Assembly: GCA_020184695.1 (NCBI GenBank)
Contig: JAANOX010000062.1
Coordinates: forward strand, 62,001-126,000
Direction of reading: 5' to 3'
Source: Histomonas meleagridis 2922-C6/04-290x
Lineage: Eukaryota; Protista; Parabasalia
Length of the DNA: 64,000 nucleotides
The notes below the pieces were generated by a model, which worked only from the letters and a program-made list of their open reading frames with translations, was not told the DNA's origin and made no database searches. Shown here one piece after another: positions 1 to 11,170 of this stretch (its first letter is position 1; each line of letters opens with the position of its first letter). Position numbers and translations under genes: made by a program.

Positions 1-1
1 G

Positions 2-589
2 AAAATTTCATGTTCAGCATTTTCGACCAATGGAATGCGAATTGCAATTTGTTCGAACTATATCGACATATATAGCTTCGATTCGAGCAAATGGTGCTCT
101 GATCCTGCGATATCCATTGACATGAAACATCAAATTATTGCGATTGCTTGGCTAAATAGTGACACTTTATTAGCGATATCAACAGTTGTCGGGTTATTTG
201 TTGTCGACGTGTTGAATAATTTCATCATGCCAATCGAATTAGAGAAAGATTGGGGAGTAGTGACACATTTGAAAGTAGATCATAAGAATGGAATGTTAGT
301 GTTTTGCGCGAATGGCGGAGTCGCCGGAATTTGTGACATACGGAAAAATTTTGAGAAAATTTGTATATATAATTTGGGATGTGGAATAACTTCGATTTCT
401 TCAATCGATAATATATTCGTCATAAGTACTGATAATGGAAATGTTGTGATGTTTAACACATTAAAACCGAACGAAACTTCAACGCTGGAGGCGAAGTTTA
501 AAATTAATAATATTCAGATATTAAATGATAGAATATTGGCATGCGGAGATGCTAATAAAATTATAAGATGGATTGCTAATAGAATATAA
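2..589 (+). CDS. WD40/beta-propeller-like protein, 5' end outside the window
   Basis: Frame is open from base 2 (KISCSAFSTNG-MRIAICS...) to TAA at 587-589. It contains repeated beta-strand units ending in WD-like motifs (GICDI, VMFN, KIIRW). Confidence 0.55.
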   Translation, partial: KISCSAFSTNGMRIAICSNYIDIYSFDSSKWCSDPAISIDMKHQIIAIAWLNSDTLLAISTVVGLFVVDVLNNFIMPIELEKDWGVVTHLKVDHKNGMLVFCANGGVAGICDIRKNFEKICIYNLGCGITSISSIDNIFVISTDNGNVVMFNTLKPNETSTLEAKFKINNIQILNDRILACGDANKIIRWIANRI

Positions 590-619
590 ACAGTTTTTTA
601 TTTTGATTTTGGTTTTTAA

Positions 620-784
620 TTTGATATTATGAAATAATGGATTGTAAACAGCTTATTGCTTTAATTTCTTTTTTTGATATTTGATATTATGAAATGGATT
701 GTAAACAGTTTATTGCTTTAATTTCTTTTTTTGATATTTGATATTATGAAATAATGGATTGTAAACAGTTTATTGCTTTAATTT
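620..784. repeat. Tandem repeat, ~57-60 bp unit x3, with a degenerate partial unit upstream
   Basis: TTGATATTATGAAAT(AAT)GGATTGTAAACAG(C/T)TTATTGCTTTAATTT recurs at 621, 681 and 738. Confidence 0.9.
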
Positions 785-1616
785 TGGTTTTAAATCGATT
801 TTAATATCTTATGAAATATGGAATGATAATGAATCTCAAATTGTTTTAGCTTTGTTTAAATTTTTTTCAAATGAAGCTAACAATGGATATAATGTAATGT
901 TTAATGCTGAAAAAATGTTAAATTTTAAATATTTACAATGAACAAAAATGTACATAGACAAAAATTTTGAGCTTGTAAGCAGTTTTTGTGTTGATATCCA
1001 ATGAAATTTTTTTAAATGCATATTATACTGAACATTCTGGAAGCAAAAATTGACTCCATCATTTGTTTTTGACTAACAACTGATAGCAACTTTTTAACAT
1101 TTTGTAGGTTTTATTAAAATCGATCCTGGCAATTTTCAAAAATTTTTGTTTTTTCACATTAGCAATTTTCAGGGTTTTTTAACTAAGTCTGTTAGATATT
1201 TGAAGGACTTAAAGGCACTAAAATTTTTTCTTCGCGATAAGTCTTAACTAAAAATCAGAAATGACAGAACAATATCTCGTTCTGATAAATAATAACTACC
1301 TAATGTGTAAAATTCAACAAAAAAATTTTGGCGATAGCGAGCAAAATTATAACCGTAAAATCTATTCAATACAACTGATAAATGAATTCAAAATGTTAAA
1401 ATAGAAATATCTCGAAATTGTCTTGATGATTTCCAAAAATGCGAGAATTCTCAGGAAAAAAATCAAATGTAATGTTATATTTTATTAGTTAGTTATAAGG
1501 TCAAAATATCAATGACTGCTTTCTGTCGTCATAAAGAAGTAAACGGTTGAACTGTAATTCAAAAGTGCATTCGGCTGTCGTCACTTTTGATGACCGTTTG
1601 AATAAAACGGTGAATT

Positions 1617-2180
1617 TTGGCGATGGAATCTGATAATTCACAGAATATCCCCATGTTTTGGGATTTAATCAATGACGTTGACAAGGCTGCTTACTTGAAG
1701 ATTCAAAACACATTGGCCTCTTCCGCTTGTAAACATAGAAGACATCATTCCAAAGCTATTAACAACGATATTTTGCTGACAATAAAATCATTTATATTAA
1801 GAGGCGATGAAGATGATTGGAAAAGATCCCTTGTTTGTGGAATTGGTTGGATTAATGACTCAGTTGTTATCAATACAAGACAATTAAGAATTCTTATATC
1901 AAAGTGTAAGTCTTCAATTAATGCAATGTTCCAAAACAGTGGGTATGTGACAGTTTCAACAACAAATGAGTTTTCAAGCGCAATGTCACAATACTATCCA
2001 GCGATCAAAGATAACTTCTCTGAAATAAGGAAGTGGACAGTTAGGTGCCTCAAAGATCATACTGCAGATAATCATCCTGTAGATAACACTGGAACTGGAA
2101 ATTTAGGCGAATATATTCCAGATGTAAATCAAGTTTCAGAAGAAAAAACACCATCGCCTCAACAAGAAGAAACACAGTAA
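1617..2180 (+). CDS. Initiator-binding domain (IBD, IBP39-family) transcription factor
   Basis: Parabasalid IBD motifs are present: FWDLINDVDKAAYLKIQ, FILRGDEDDWKRSLVCGIGW and INTRQLRILISKCKSSINAMFQNSGY. Confidence 0.85.
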   Translation: MAMESDNSQNIPMFWDLINDVDKAAYLKIQNTLASSACKHRRHHSKAINNDILLTIKSFILRGDEDDWKRSLVCGIGWINDSVVINTRQLRILISKCKSSINAMFQNSGYVTVSTTNEFSSAMSQYYPAIKDNFSEIRKWTVRCLKDHTADNHPVDNTGTGNLGEYIPDVNQVSEEKTPSPQQEETQ

Positions 2181-2326
2181 TTGAGGAATATTCTTTTTAA
2201 AAATATTTTAAAATGAACTTCTTTTTTTTTGGCTAAAAAATCCCATATTGAGTTAATTATGTTTTATTATCAGTTTTTCTCGATTTGAGTTTTTATTTCC
2301 TTTAACGATTTGGGATTTTATTATAA

Positions 2327-2782
2327 TTAAGTCATGTCACTAATTAACTTAACTATTTCATCATTACCTTTTTTATTTGCTAACATAAGTGATGTTTGAA
2401 ATAATTTAAATGTTTCCCAAATATTATTTTGGAACATTATATTGTTAAAATAAATATTATCTTCAGCATCAATATCAATTCCATCTTGTTCAAGAAGTAA
2501 TTCGACTATTTCTGTATGACCTTTTGAAGATGCTAAGATAAGAGCTGTTCTAAATAATTTAAATAATTTCCAAATATTATTTTGAAATATCATGTAAAAC
2601 ATATTAATATTATCTGTGGCATTAATATCAATATCTTCTTGCTCAAGAAGTAATTCGATTACTTCTGGATTATCATATGCAGGTATTAAATAATTTAAAT
2701 ATTAAATACATCTAGCTTTAATATCAATTCCATTCTGTTCAATAAGTAATTTAACTATTTCTATATGACCATTTAAAGATGG
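2327..2782 (-). pseudogene. Ankyrin-repeat gene remnant (about 4 repeats) with AT-rich in-phase inserts
   Basis: The minus strand reads NGHIEIVKLLIEQNGIDI..., PEVIELLLEQEDIDINATD, TALILASSKGHTEIVELLLEQDGIDIDAED and TSLMLANKKGNDEIVKLI. There is one internal TAA and no clear start. Confidence 0.75.
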
Positions 2783-3276
2783 TCAATCATAAACACCAAA
2801 AAATATGACTAAATATTAAAACTTTAAATAAAACAATAAAAAATTTATATCATTAATATTCATCCCTCCTTTCATATTGGGGTTGTCGGTTTTTAAATCA
2901 TGCTTTGGCAACATTATTACTAGTTGTAATGAAAAATAATAGTGAGCTGCTTCAGAATGGCTTTATGATGTCAATCTTTTTTTAACATTAAAATCGAACA
3001 TAATCAGAATATATTTTCAACATATTGTATGATTTAGAGTGAATATATATAATTATTTGGAAAAGAATGAAATTTCTGAACATAACTAATCTAACAAATT
3101 ATACCCACTTTCCATAATTACAAAATGAAGTTAAAATTATATATTTTCCTTTTACAACATTTTTTGATGAAAAACAAAATTATCTAGAATTAAAGTTTAT
3201 TAAAATTTTTGAAAATCAAAGCATCTTCATCACCTTTTACATAGTAACAAAAAACAATTCGTAAAACTAATTTATT

Positions 3277-6201
3277 TCAAAGTGTTTCGTATCCCAACTC
3301 TTCCTTATCTTCGCTTTTAATCTTACTATATTTGTTCATTCTCTTCCTCACAACAAACACATATATAACAACAACAACGCCAATGATAAGCAGTCCTCCA
3401 ACTGTTATTTTAATCGCCAATCCGATTTTGCTATTGTTTCCTGAAGTTTCGTCACTTTTTATCTTAACGTCCACCGAAAGACATTGGCCTGTTCCTCTTT
3501 GGATGCATTTCCAACTATAAATGTCTCGTTGGACAAATGCTCGTTCTACAAATGCATTACATTGGAAATCTGAGCCGCCACAAATTATTTCAGCCCATTG
3601 TGATTTTGATGAATTTGATGATAGTGAAAGAGTTGTAATTTCATCATCATGGAAGTTACTAATGCATGGAGTTAAGTCATAGTTCATTTCCATTGTAACA
3701 GATTTAATTAATGTTCCTGGTGAATCTAAATAACTTTTTCCTTTCATCATTAAAGAACTAACGGTTGCATCGTTGACTACAAGTGATGCCTCATTCGAAA
3801 CATTTACTGAGTCAATCACTAATTCTCCATAAATTTTTATATCTCCTTTCACATCAATCTTTGGAATTCTGAGGTTTACACGATTGCTGACCGTTAACAT
3901 ATTCAATGATAATTCATCGTATGGAAAAGTGTCGATGATTTGAAGCTCATTCAAATTTGAATCGAAGTAAACCGTTTTGTCTGAAATTTCGTCTGAAAAA
4001 GTTATCGGAACGACGGTTGAAAAATGATCGTTAATCAAAATTGATTCATCTTTGATGTTCTGAATGATTAAAGCCGGAACATGAACAATAGACCAATTTC
4101 CAGAAACACTTATTTCATTAACATTAACTACATTTAATGCAGAATAAGATGTAGTTGATTGTGCAATATCGATTTGAAGTGAAGAATAATGTGTACCATC
4201 AATAGTTATTTTGTTTTGAAGAGAATTCGAAAGTTTTTTTGTGTTTCCAAATTCCCATTGACCATTTTCGAAACGAATTATATTTGCATTCTCTTGTGGG
4301 TACAAAGTTATTACAGAGTTTGTTGCATTTTCAAAGTTAAAAGATGAAAGTGAATCAAATGTTGCTTCAATTTTGCTGAAACTTGTTGCAGAAAGAGATT
4401 TCGAAATTGTTGTGCTGATTAATGTTATAGTATGTGTAACGCCACGAATAGACGGCGAAGCATCAATAACATTTATGGATAAATCGGATGATTCGAAATA
4501 TCGCGGAAAGTTTCCAATGTTTTGGACGTGAATTTGTAACGTTTCGGTGGTAGGAACGCCAATAAACTTCATTGAAACAATCTTGTTTTGGTTCTCAATG
4601 TCGATTGCTGTGGTGGAATTAATGGGTTCTTCGATTATGAACGTGACATCTTTGGTAACATCTCTTATTTGCGATTGCCAATTGTTAATTCCAAACTCTC
4701 CGTCATAGTTAGGATATGATACTATTAAAGAAACATATGAAAGATCTGCACTGTGTTCAAAGTAAACATGATTTTGCCCATCAAATGATAATGATATGTC
4801 ATAACTTGAAATTGTATGATCTTCATAAAGATCAAAGGTTCCTTCCTTAAGGACCTCGGTTTGGGAGTAAATGAGTTTCTTGTCTGATTCTGAAAATGTT
4901 GTTACTTGATTAAAATCAAAATCATTAAAATCGTTATAGAATTTAAAACCATAAAGTAAAGTCTTCGTACCAACGTACTCTTGTGCATTAATTGTGTAAG
5001 CTGCAATAAGTGAGTAACTATCTTCAATTGGAATAATTATTCCTTCAAAACCATTGCCAACATTAAACTTTGTAAGAGTAAGATCGCCTGAAAGTTGTAT
5101 TATTTCGTCAATTGTTGTAGTACCTTCATCAACAATTACGAATGATTTTGTTGGTTCATCACATGAGCTTCGGAGCACTTTTGCATTTAAATTCTTTACA
5201 TGTATCGTTGAACTTCCTCCAGTCAAATTTGTGACAAAAAGTGACGAGGGAAGTAAAACATTTTGGTTTTCTCCAACAATGATTTCGCCAATTGTTGGAC
5301 TGTAAGAACTTATAGATATCTTTGATGATGATGTGGATTCGGAAGGGAGATCATTGAATGAGAAAAGATAATTTGGACAACTATTTTCAAAACTTGCGAC
5401 AAGATGGTCCATGTAAAGCTTTATTGGAGTGAGCGTATCTAAAGTTGTTGATGTAACATCAAGAGATTGTGAATAAATCTGAATATCACTTTCTTGACTT
5501 TGAAGTAAATTAATGTCAGTAATGGATAATTTTGTATCTCCATCAACGTTATTGAAATATAATTGGAAAGGACATTGGTTGACAAAAGAAAATGATAATG
5601 TTGAATCTTGATTTTGTATTTTAAGTTGTGTTTTTGTAAAATTAAGATTAAAAGAATCTTTGTCAACATTGATTGAAATATAGTTCTTGTAAAATGAGGT
5701 CATTTGAATTTCTTGGGTTGATTTTAATTCTGAAGTTAATGAAAGATTAGAAGTTGAGATGGAACTGAAAGAATCCAAATAAGAACCATCTGTGCAAAGG
5801 CTATTCGCATTAAGAGAAATTTTCTTTGTTGGCTTTGAATTAATCAGAGTCAATGACTTAGCGTTCATGTTATCTGTTTCACCTTGTTCTCCCATCACAG
5901 TGAAATTTAATGAGTCAAATGTATAATGAATTGTTTCTTTCATTTTGATCTTTAATAAGGAATTTGAACTTTTACCGACAAATTCTAAATTGATACATTT
6001 ATCCACGTTATCTGTATTAACATTTGCTGGTAAATTAGGCGAACTTATAATGTAAATTCGATAATTACTGAAACCTTCTTGTTCCTTAAATTTAGTCCAA
6101 TCACTTATTGTTTCAATATCTTCTGGACATACACCTTCTGATGTTTTGAAACATACTTCATAAAATGAACAATTAATAAAGCTTAGTAGAAACAAAAACA
6201 T
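3277..6201 (-). CDS. Large type I membrane (surface) protein of unknown function
   Basis: Likely start is MFLFLLSFINC (ATG at 6201, signal-like). A Ser/Thr/Ile-rich ectodomain is followed by one TM helix (LAIKITVGGLLIIGVVVVIYVFVV), the basic stop-transfer RKR, and a C-terminal YETL (Yxx-hydrophobic). Confidence 0.75.
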   Translation of the reverse strand: MFLFLLSFINCSFYEVCFKTSEGVCPEDIETISDWTKFKEQEGFSNYRIYIISSPNLPANVNTDNVDKCINLEFVGKSSNSLLKIKMKETIHYTFDSLNFTVMGEQGETDNMNAKSLTLINSKPTKKISLNANSLCTDGSYLDSFSSISTSNLSLTSELKSTQEIQMTSFYKNYISINVDKDSFNLNFTKTQLKIQNQDSTLSFSFVNQCPFQLYFNNVDGDTKLSITDINLLQSQESDIQIYSQSLDVTSTTLDTLTPIKLYMDHLVASFENSCPNYLFSFNDLPSESTSSSKISISSYSPTIGEIIVGENQNVLLPSSLFVTNLTGGSSTIHVKNLNAKVLRSSCDEPTKSFVIVDEGTTTIDEIIQLSGDLTLTKFNVGNGFEGIIIPIEDSYSLIAAYTINAQEYVGTKTLLYGFKFYNDFNDFDFNQVTTFSESDKKLIYSQTEVLKEGTFDLYEDHTISSYDISLSFDGQNHVYFEHSADLSYVSLIVSYPNYDGEFGINNWQSQIRDVTKDVTFIIEEPINSTTAIDIENQNKIVSMKFIGVPTTETLQIHVQNIGNFPRYFESSDLSINVIDASPSIRGVTHTITLISTTISKSLSATSFSKIEATFDSLSSFNFENATNSVITLYPQENANIIRFENGQWEFGNTKKLSNSLQNKITIDGTHYSSLQIDIAQSTTSYSALNVVNVNEISVSGNWSIVHVPALIIQNIKDESILINDHFSTVVPITFSDEISDKTVYFDSNLNELQIIDTFPYDELSLNMLTVSNRVNLRIPKIDVKGDIKIYGELVIDSVNVSNEASLVVNDATVSSLMMKGKSYLDSPGTLIKSVTMEMNYDLTPCISNFHDDEITTLSLSSNSSKSQWAEIICGGSDFQCNAFVERAFVQRDIYSWKCIQRGTGQCLSVDVKIKSDETSGNNSKIGLAIKITVGGLLIIGVVVVIYVFVVRKRMNKYSKIKSEDKEELGYETL

Positions 6202-6513
6202 CTTATTAAATAGTATGTTGAAAAAAAGTGTCAATCTTCTTGTTACTAACAAATGAAACCTTCATAATAAACAATGTTAATAAATAAATGATTTTAATGC
6301 TTTTTTGTCCATACTGGTCTGTTACTTTATTTCTAGATGAGAGAAATAAAAACATTTGGCCAACGAATTATTTGTATGAAGTTAAAATAGTATCAACTTT
6401 ATTAAGGGGGTGAGGGGAAAGATTATAAAATTATAAAAAAAAATAATGAAATAACACTTTAAATATACAAACTTTCTTTTTTTTGAACCTAAAGTCACAG
6501 GAACGTTAAAAAG

Positions 6514-7887
6514 ATGTCAACATACAAGGGAAAGCTCATCGATTTTGAACTAAGCAAAGTTTTAGACGACAATACACAGATAGAGCCTTTAGCCCCACAA
6601 ATGGATATTGATGGCTTTTATGAATTTTTAAAAAATAAGATTATGAATTTCATTGACGGGTTCAATTCTAATGATCATGATAAAATAGGGGAATCGTTAA
6701 GTGATATTCCTGATATCAAGTTGTATGGGAATTTTATGATAAGAAATTTAATTATTCAAAATTCTGTTATTCCAAATCTCATACAAATTATTATGAGCAA
6801 CGAAATTCCTGAAATCGTTTCATTGGCATTCCATTTTATTGATGTTTTAGCAAAATATTCGACAAATATCACAAATATTCTCAAAGATTTAAATTTTATA
6901 CAATTAATCCTTCCAATATTTCCTTCGTTTCCTCTCAACGCTCAACAACAATTCGTGACTATATTTTACTATATTATTTTTGATTATAAAAATGTTTTTG
7001 ATTATCCATACCTTGATTTCATTATCAATAATTTTTCTGTGGCACCAATTCAATTTGCTTCCATTCTTCTATTTGCTATTCGCAATAAATTTGATTTTGC
7101 TGATAATTTTTTCATCCCTTTAATCGCAATAATTCTTGATAACGCTGACCTAAGAGCTCAAAGCAATTATTTTCTCCTTCTTTTTTATTATGTTTTCAAT
7201 TTATATCCTTCTCCAACCAATTTCATAATTGATGCAAACAATCAAAAATACCTTGTCAAGCTTATTCTTTGGCTTCAAGCCCAATTTTCCATAAATGATG
7301 AAACCACTAGGATTATTTCAATATCCATTTTTCATATTGTTCTTCTTCGAATTGACACTAAAGCCGCAAAACAACTGTGGATCAACTTTGGTCAACCTTC
7401 TTTACTTACTAAAATACTCAGTAACGAAGAATCACCTCAATTGCAAAGTGAAATACTTTCATTCATACGTGATTTTTGCAGGCAAAGCCTTGATTTCATA
7501 TACATATTTAACGATGCTCATATTTTCGATGCTATTCTTGAGAATAAAAATATGTCATTTTCAACCAAAATTTTAGCCAGTGAAATCTTTGTAATAATTA
7601 TTAATTCAGGTGTACAATTAGTGCCACTTTTGTGTAAATCTATCAAAATCATACTCGATCTTCTTGAAAGTGATCAAATGGATGTAAAAACTGAAATTAT
7701 TAAAGCTTTAATTGATCTTTGGGGAAAAATGAACTCAATAAACTTAGGAAATCTTTTCATCGAAGAATTTGAAAAAAATGATGGACCCAATATAGTGGCC
7801 GAAAGTGAAGTTGATGAAGAGCTAATAACACATTTATTTTCTTTATTAGCTCCTCCACCAGAAGAATACGATATGTATCCCATGTAA
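6514..7887 (+). CDS. ARM/HEAT-repeat-like hypothetical protein
   Basis: Intact 457-aa ORF with an amphipathic helical-repeat pattern (e.g. NSVIPNLIQII, AHIFDAIL). The family is inferred from the pattern only. Confidence 0.55.
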   Translation: MSTYKGKLIDFELSKVLDDNTQIEPLAPQMDIDGFYEFLKNKIMNFIDGFNSNDHDKIGESLSDIPDIKLYGNFMIRNLIIQNSVIPNLIQIIMSNEIPEIVSLAFHFIDVLAKYSTNITNILKDLNFIQLILPIFPSFPLNAQQQFVTIFYYIIFDYKNVFDYPYLDFIINNFSVAPIQFASILLFAIRNKFDFADNFFIPLIAIILDNADLRAQSNYFLLLFYYVFNLYPSPTNFIIDANNQKYLVKLILWLQAQFSINDETTRIISISIFHIVLLRIDTKAAKQLWINFGQPSLLTKILSNEESPQLQSEILSFIRDFCRQSLDFIYIFNDAHIFDAILENKNMSFSTKILASEIFVIIINSGVQLVPLLCKSIKIILDLLESDQMDVKTEIIKALIDLWGKMNSINLGNLFIEEFEKNDGPNIVAESEVDEELITHLFSLLAPPPEEYDMYPM

Positions 7888-8124
7888 TCTCATAAATTGA
7901 ATTATTGCAAGAATTTTGTAATTATAGATTAAACTTTTATAGTTTTAATAAAGCGTTGTTTTTTGTCAATCTAAAGATTTTTGGTAATTAAAGATTTTTG
8001 TTGTTTTTAATTTTTTTTCGTACGATAAATTTTCAATATATAAACGGTTTTTTTTCAATTGAAATACGTTTTTTTAATTTAAAAAGAGAAAAGCAAAATT
8101 TATTTATTATAAAACATGTTTCAC

Positions 8125-8691
8125 TCATAATATGTTTTTTTCTATTCCCTTACTCGTTTCTGGACTTGCTTGTGCTTCACTTTTAATGCTTGTCTTGTTT
8201 CGATACTGAATGTTTTCTTGTTCATCATTTTGCCAAATAATAGGAAGTGGTTCTGATGATATGTCATTGGCTGTAGTTAAGTCATTGTCATCATCCATCA
8301 AATATTTATATGAATCTGAGTCTGAATAAGAAGAATTTGAATCTGACTTTTTGAAATCTTTTGTTGGTTCAGTCATGTCTGTCCTCATATCCAAAACACG
8401 CGCCATTTCGCGTGCAATTGATTGTCGTTCTGGTGGGAGGATAGGACCAAACTTATCAACTTGACTGACAATTTTACATTCAATAACATCATCTTTATGA
8501 ACACCTTGACTTTGCAATGTCATTGAAGGTGTTAATACTTCTCCATTGTGAAACAAATATACCTTTTCGTTGTTAAAACATGAAAATTGTAAAAGATTTG
8601 ATAAGTCAGCAGCCGTAGCAGAATACCTTGTTACTACTGGTAAAATTGCGCCGGGTAGCCATTGAATTCTGACCTTTAATTCGTCGCTCAT
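8125..8691 (-). CDS. Ubiquitin-like domain protein with acidic/Ser-rich tail
   Basis: The N-terminal ~75 aa fit a Ubl fold (VYLFHNGEVLTPSMTLQSQGVHKDDVIEC). Confidence 0.6.
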   Translation of the reverse strand: MSDELKVRIQWLPGAILPVVTRYSATAADLSNLLQFSCFNNEKVYLFHNGEVLTPSMTLQSQGVHKDDVIECKIVSQVDKFGPILPPERQSIAREMARVLDMRTDMTEPTKDFKKSDSNSSYSDSDSYKYLMDDDNDLTTANDISSEPLPIIWQNDEQENIQYRNKTSIKSEAQASPETSKGIEKNIL

Positions 8692-9835
8692 AGCTTCTTT
8701 TTTGGGGATTTAAGATTCTGGAATGCTTCTATCAAAAAGTTATCACATTCCGGGGATTTAATTCAATTTTGTGTTGTGTAAAGCACTATCGATAGTGAAA
8801 ATCAACGTGGGACACATCGGTTAATATTATCAAAACTGGCGGTTGATTTTATTGGTCGCTGTTGTCAATATTGCCAAAGTTCAGAAAAAATAAAAATGTT
8901 GAACGTTTTCGTCAATGGCAAAAATTTTGTGAACATGTTCTCTTCATTGAGAATAAAAATTTACTTCTCATAAAAAGCAATTTGTATTTTAAGTCTTTAT
9001 TATGTTTAAAGACATTTTTTTGCAATCCTATGGGTCTAAAATTTTAATGTACGATTTGTTTCGGGGAATTTCTTTTTTATGAAAAACATTTTATAGAATA
9101 TTATATTGAAATGTCATAGTAAGTTGGTTCGTGAAAATTCTTTCCTAATTATAATTTCTTTCGAATAAATTTGAAATTACAGAAAAACATTCATGATGTA
9201 AACTTATTTGATTTGCTTCAGGGTTTGATATATTATAACTAAATTCCATATAAGATTACATAAAGTAAAAAATTTTGAAGTAAACATTTTGTTTTGCATC
9301 AAATATTATGATAAGAATAAATATATTAATTTTTTTAAAAAAAATTGTAAATTTACATATCAGGCTTGTCTTAAAAATATGATTTCAGGGTATATTTATG
9401 ACCAAAGCTATCGTGTAAATATCTTAAAAAGTCAATAACGCGACTTGAATCGAAATTAATCGTCCTTTCTATCAGCAGATTATTATTTTATTTTTTATTA
9501 TACTTTATTTAATTTTAAATAAGTAATAACTCATAAGCTTCAAAGGTATGTAAACTGTAGTGATCAACATTTATGATCAAAATCTACTTAGGTAAACTTA
9601 AACGTTGTCATATTAACTTTTATCTTGAAATCTATTACATTATTTTATATTCTACGCAATCTTAATATCACCAAGAGGATAAATTTTATTAATATCTTTT
9701 TAAAAAATGTGAATGAAATGTGCAGTTTTAGAGTTTTTATCATGTCCTTTTTGTGAACAATTTCTCCGAAATAACGATATAATTATTTGTGACAAATTTG
9801 TATCTAATTTTAACACAAATAACGGTTATTTTCAT

Positions 9836-11170
9836 ATGAGCGAGCAAGTTGTCAAAAAAGGGTACCTCTCCAAGCAAAGCGGAATAATAAAAAGCTGGAA
9901 GAAGAACTACTTTGTCATCAAGGACAATCGTCTTTATTATTACACCAAACAAGATGGCAAAGAGAAAGGTTCTTTTGATATTCAACAAGCTCAAGTGGGT
10001 TCAATTCATCCTGACAAGAAGCATTTCACCTTCAAAGTTGATTTCCCAGGTATTCGTTCCTTTTTATTAGCTGCGAATTCCAAATCAGAAGCTGAAGAAT
10101 GGATCAATGCAATGAAATCAGGCTCAAAGCCACAAGCAAAAACATCACCTGCACCTCAACAAAAGAAAGTTTCCATTGATGACTTTGATTTTATCCGTGT
10201 AATTGGTCGAGGCACATCAGGAAAAGTCCAATTAGTCCGATGCAAGTTCGACAACCAATTATATGCCATGAAATCCATGAGCAAGCGTCTTTTAGCCGAG
10301 TATGAGCAAGTCCAGCAAACCCTTAAAGAGAAAGAAGTCTTATTGAAAGCCAAACATCCATTTTTAGTCTGTGCCCATTACACCTTCCAAACAGAGACCA
10401 AGATCTTCATGATTCTCGACTATGTACCTGGAGGTGAATTATTTAATCGTCTCAAAGAAGAAGGCAAATTTAATGAATCACGTGCCAAACTATACGCAGC
10501 CGAGATCCTCTTAGGGTTAGGGCATCTCCATTCCTTAGGGATCTTATACCGCGACTTAAAACCTGAGAATGTTCTGGTCGATGCCAAAGGTCACATCAAA
10601 ATCACAGACTTTGGGTTAGTTAAGACTAACATGAACTCCAAAGACGCGACCACAACAACTTTTTGTGGCACAGCCGAATATTTAGCGCCGGAAATGCTCC
10701 AACAACAGCCGTACACTAAGACAGTCGACTGGTGGTGTTTCGGGGTATTGTTGTATGAAATGATCACTGGTTTGCCACCTTTCTTCGACGAGAACACGAA
10801 CAGGTTATACCGATCGATCTTATATAACCCTGTTAATTACCCACAGTTTGTTTCCGAGAACGCGAAAGATTTGATCGAGAAGTTGTTATGTAAAGACCCG
10901 AATAAAAGAATCGGAGCAATCGACGACGTAAACGAAATTAAGCGTCACCCGTTCTTCGGCGATTTGGACTTCGATAAGGTCTACAATAAGCAGTATAAGC
11001 CCGAGTGGATACCGCAGATTAAGTCCGAAACAGATACGTCAAACTTCGAGCCAGAGTACACAAGAGAAGAGGCAATGGTGTCGCTCGAGGATGAGTCGCT
11101 GATCGATAATACAACGCAAAGTGCTTTCGTTAACTTTACTTGTCAACAGGATAACGCGTTCGATTATTGA
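9836..11170 (+). CDS. PH-domain AGC-family Ser/Thr kinase (PKB/Akt-like)
   Basis: PH domain (KKGYLSKQSGIIKSWKKNYFVI...EAEEWINAM); kinase motifs GRGTSG, YAMK, YRDLKPEN, DFG and TFCGTAEYLAPE; hydrophobic motif FVNFT. Likely ATG at 9836. Confidence 0.92.
   Translation: MSEQVVKKGYLSKQSGIIKSWKKNYFVIKDNRLYYYTKQDGKEKGSFDIQQAQVGSIHPDKKHFTFKVDFPGIRSFLLAANSKSEAEEWINAMKSGSKPQAKTSPAPQQKKVSIDDFDFIRVIGRGTSGKVQLVRCKFDNQLYAMKSMSKRLLAEYEQVQQTLKEKEVLLKAKHPFLVCAHYTFQTETKIFMILDYVPGGELFNRLKEEGKFNESRAKLYAAEILLGLGHLHSLGILYRDLKPENVLVDAKGHIKITDFGLVKTNMNSKDATTTTFCGTAEYLAPEMLQQQPYTKTVDWWCFGVLLYEMITGLPPFFDENTNRLYRSILYNPVNYPQFVSENAKDLIEKLLCKDPNKRIGAIDDVNEIKRHPFFGDLDFDKVYNKQYKPEWIPQIKSETDTSNFEPEYTREEAMVSLEDESLIDNTTQSAFVNFTCQQDNAFDY

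Noticed and set aside
620-784. CRISPR-like array
   Set aside because: The units are contiguous tandem copies without unique spacers, in eukaryotic DNA with no cas genes.
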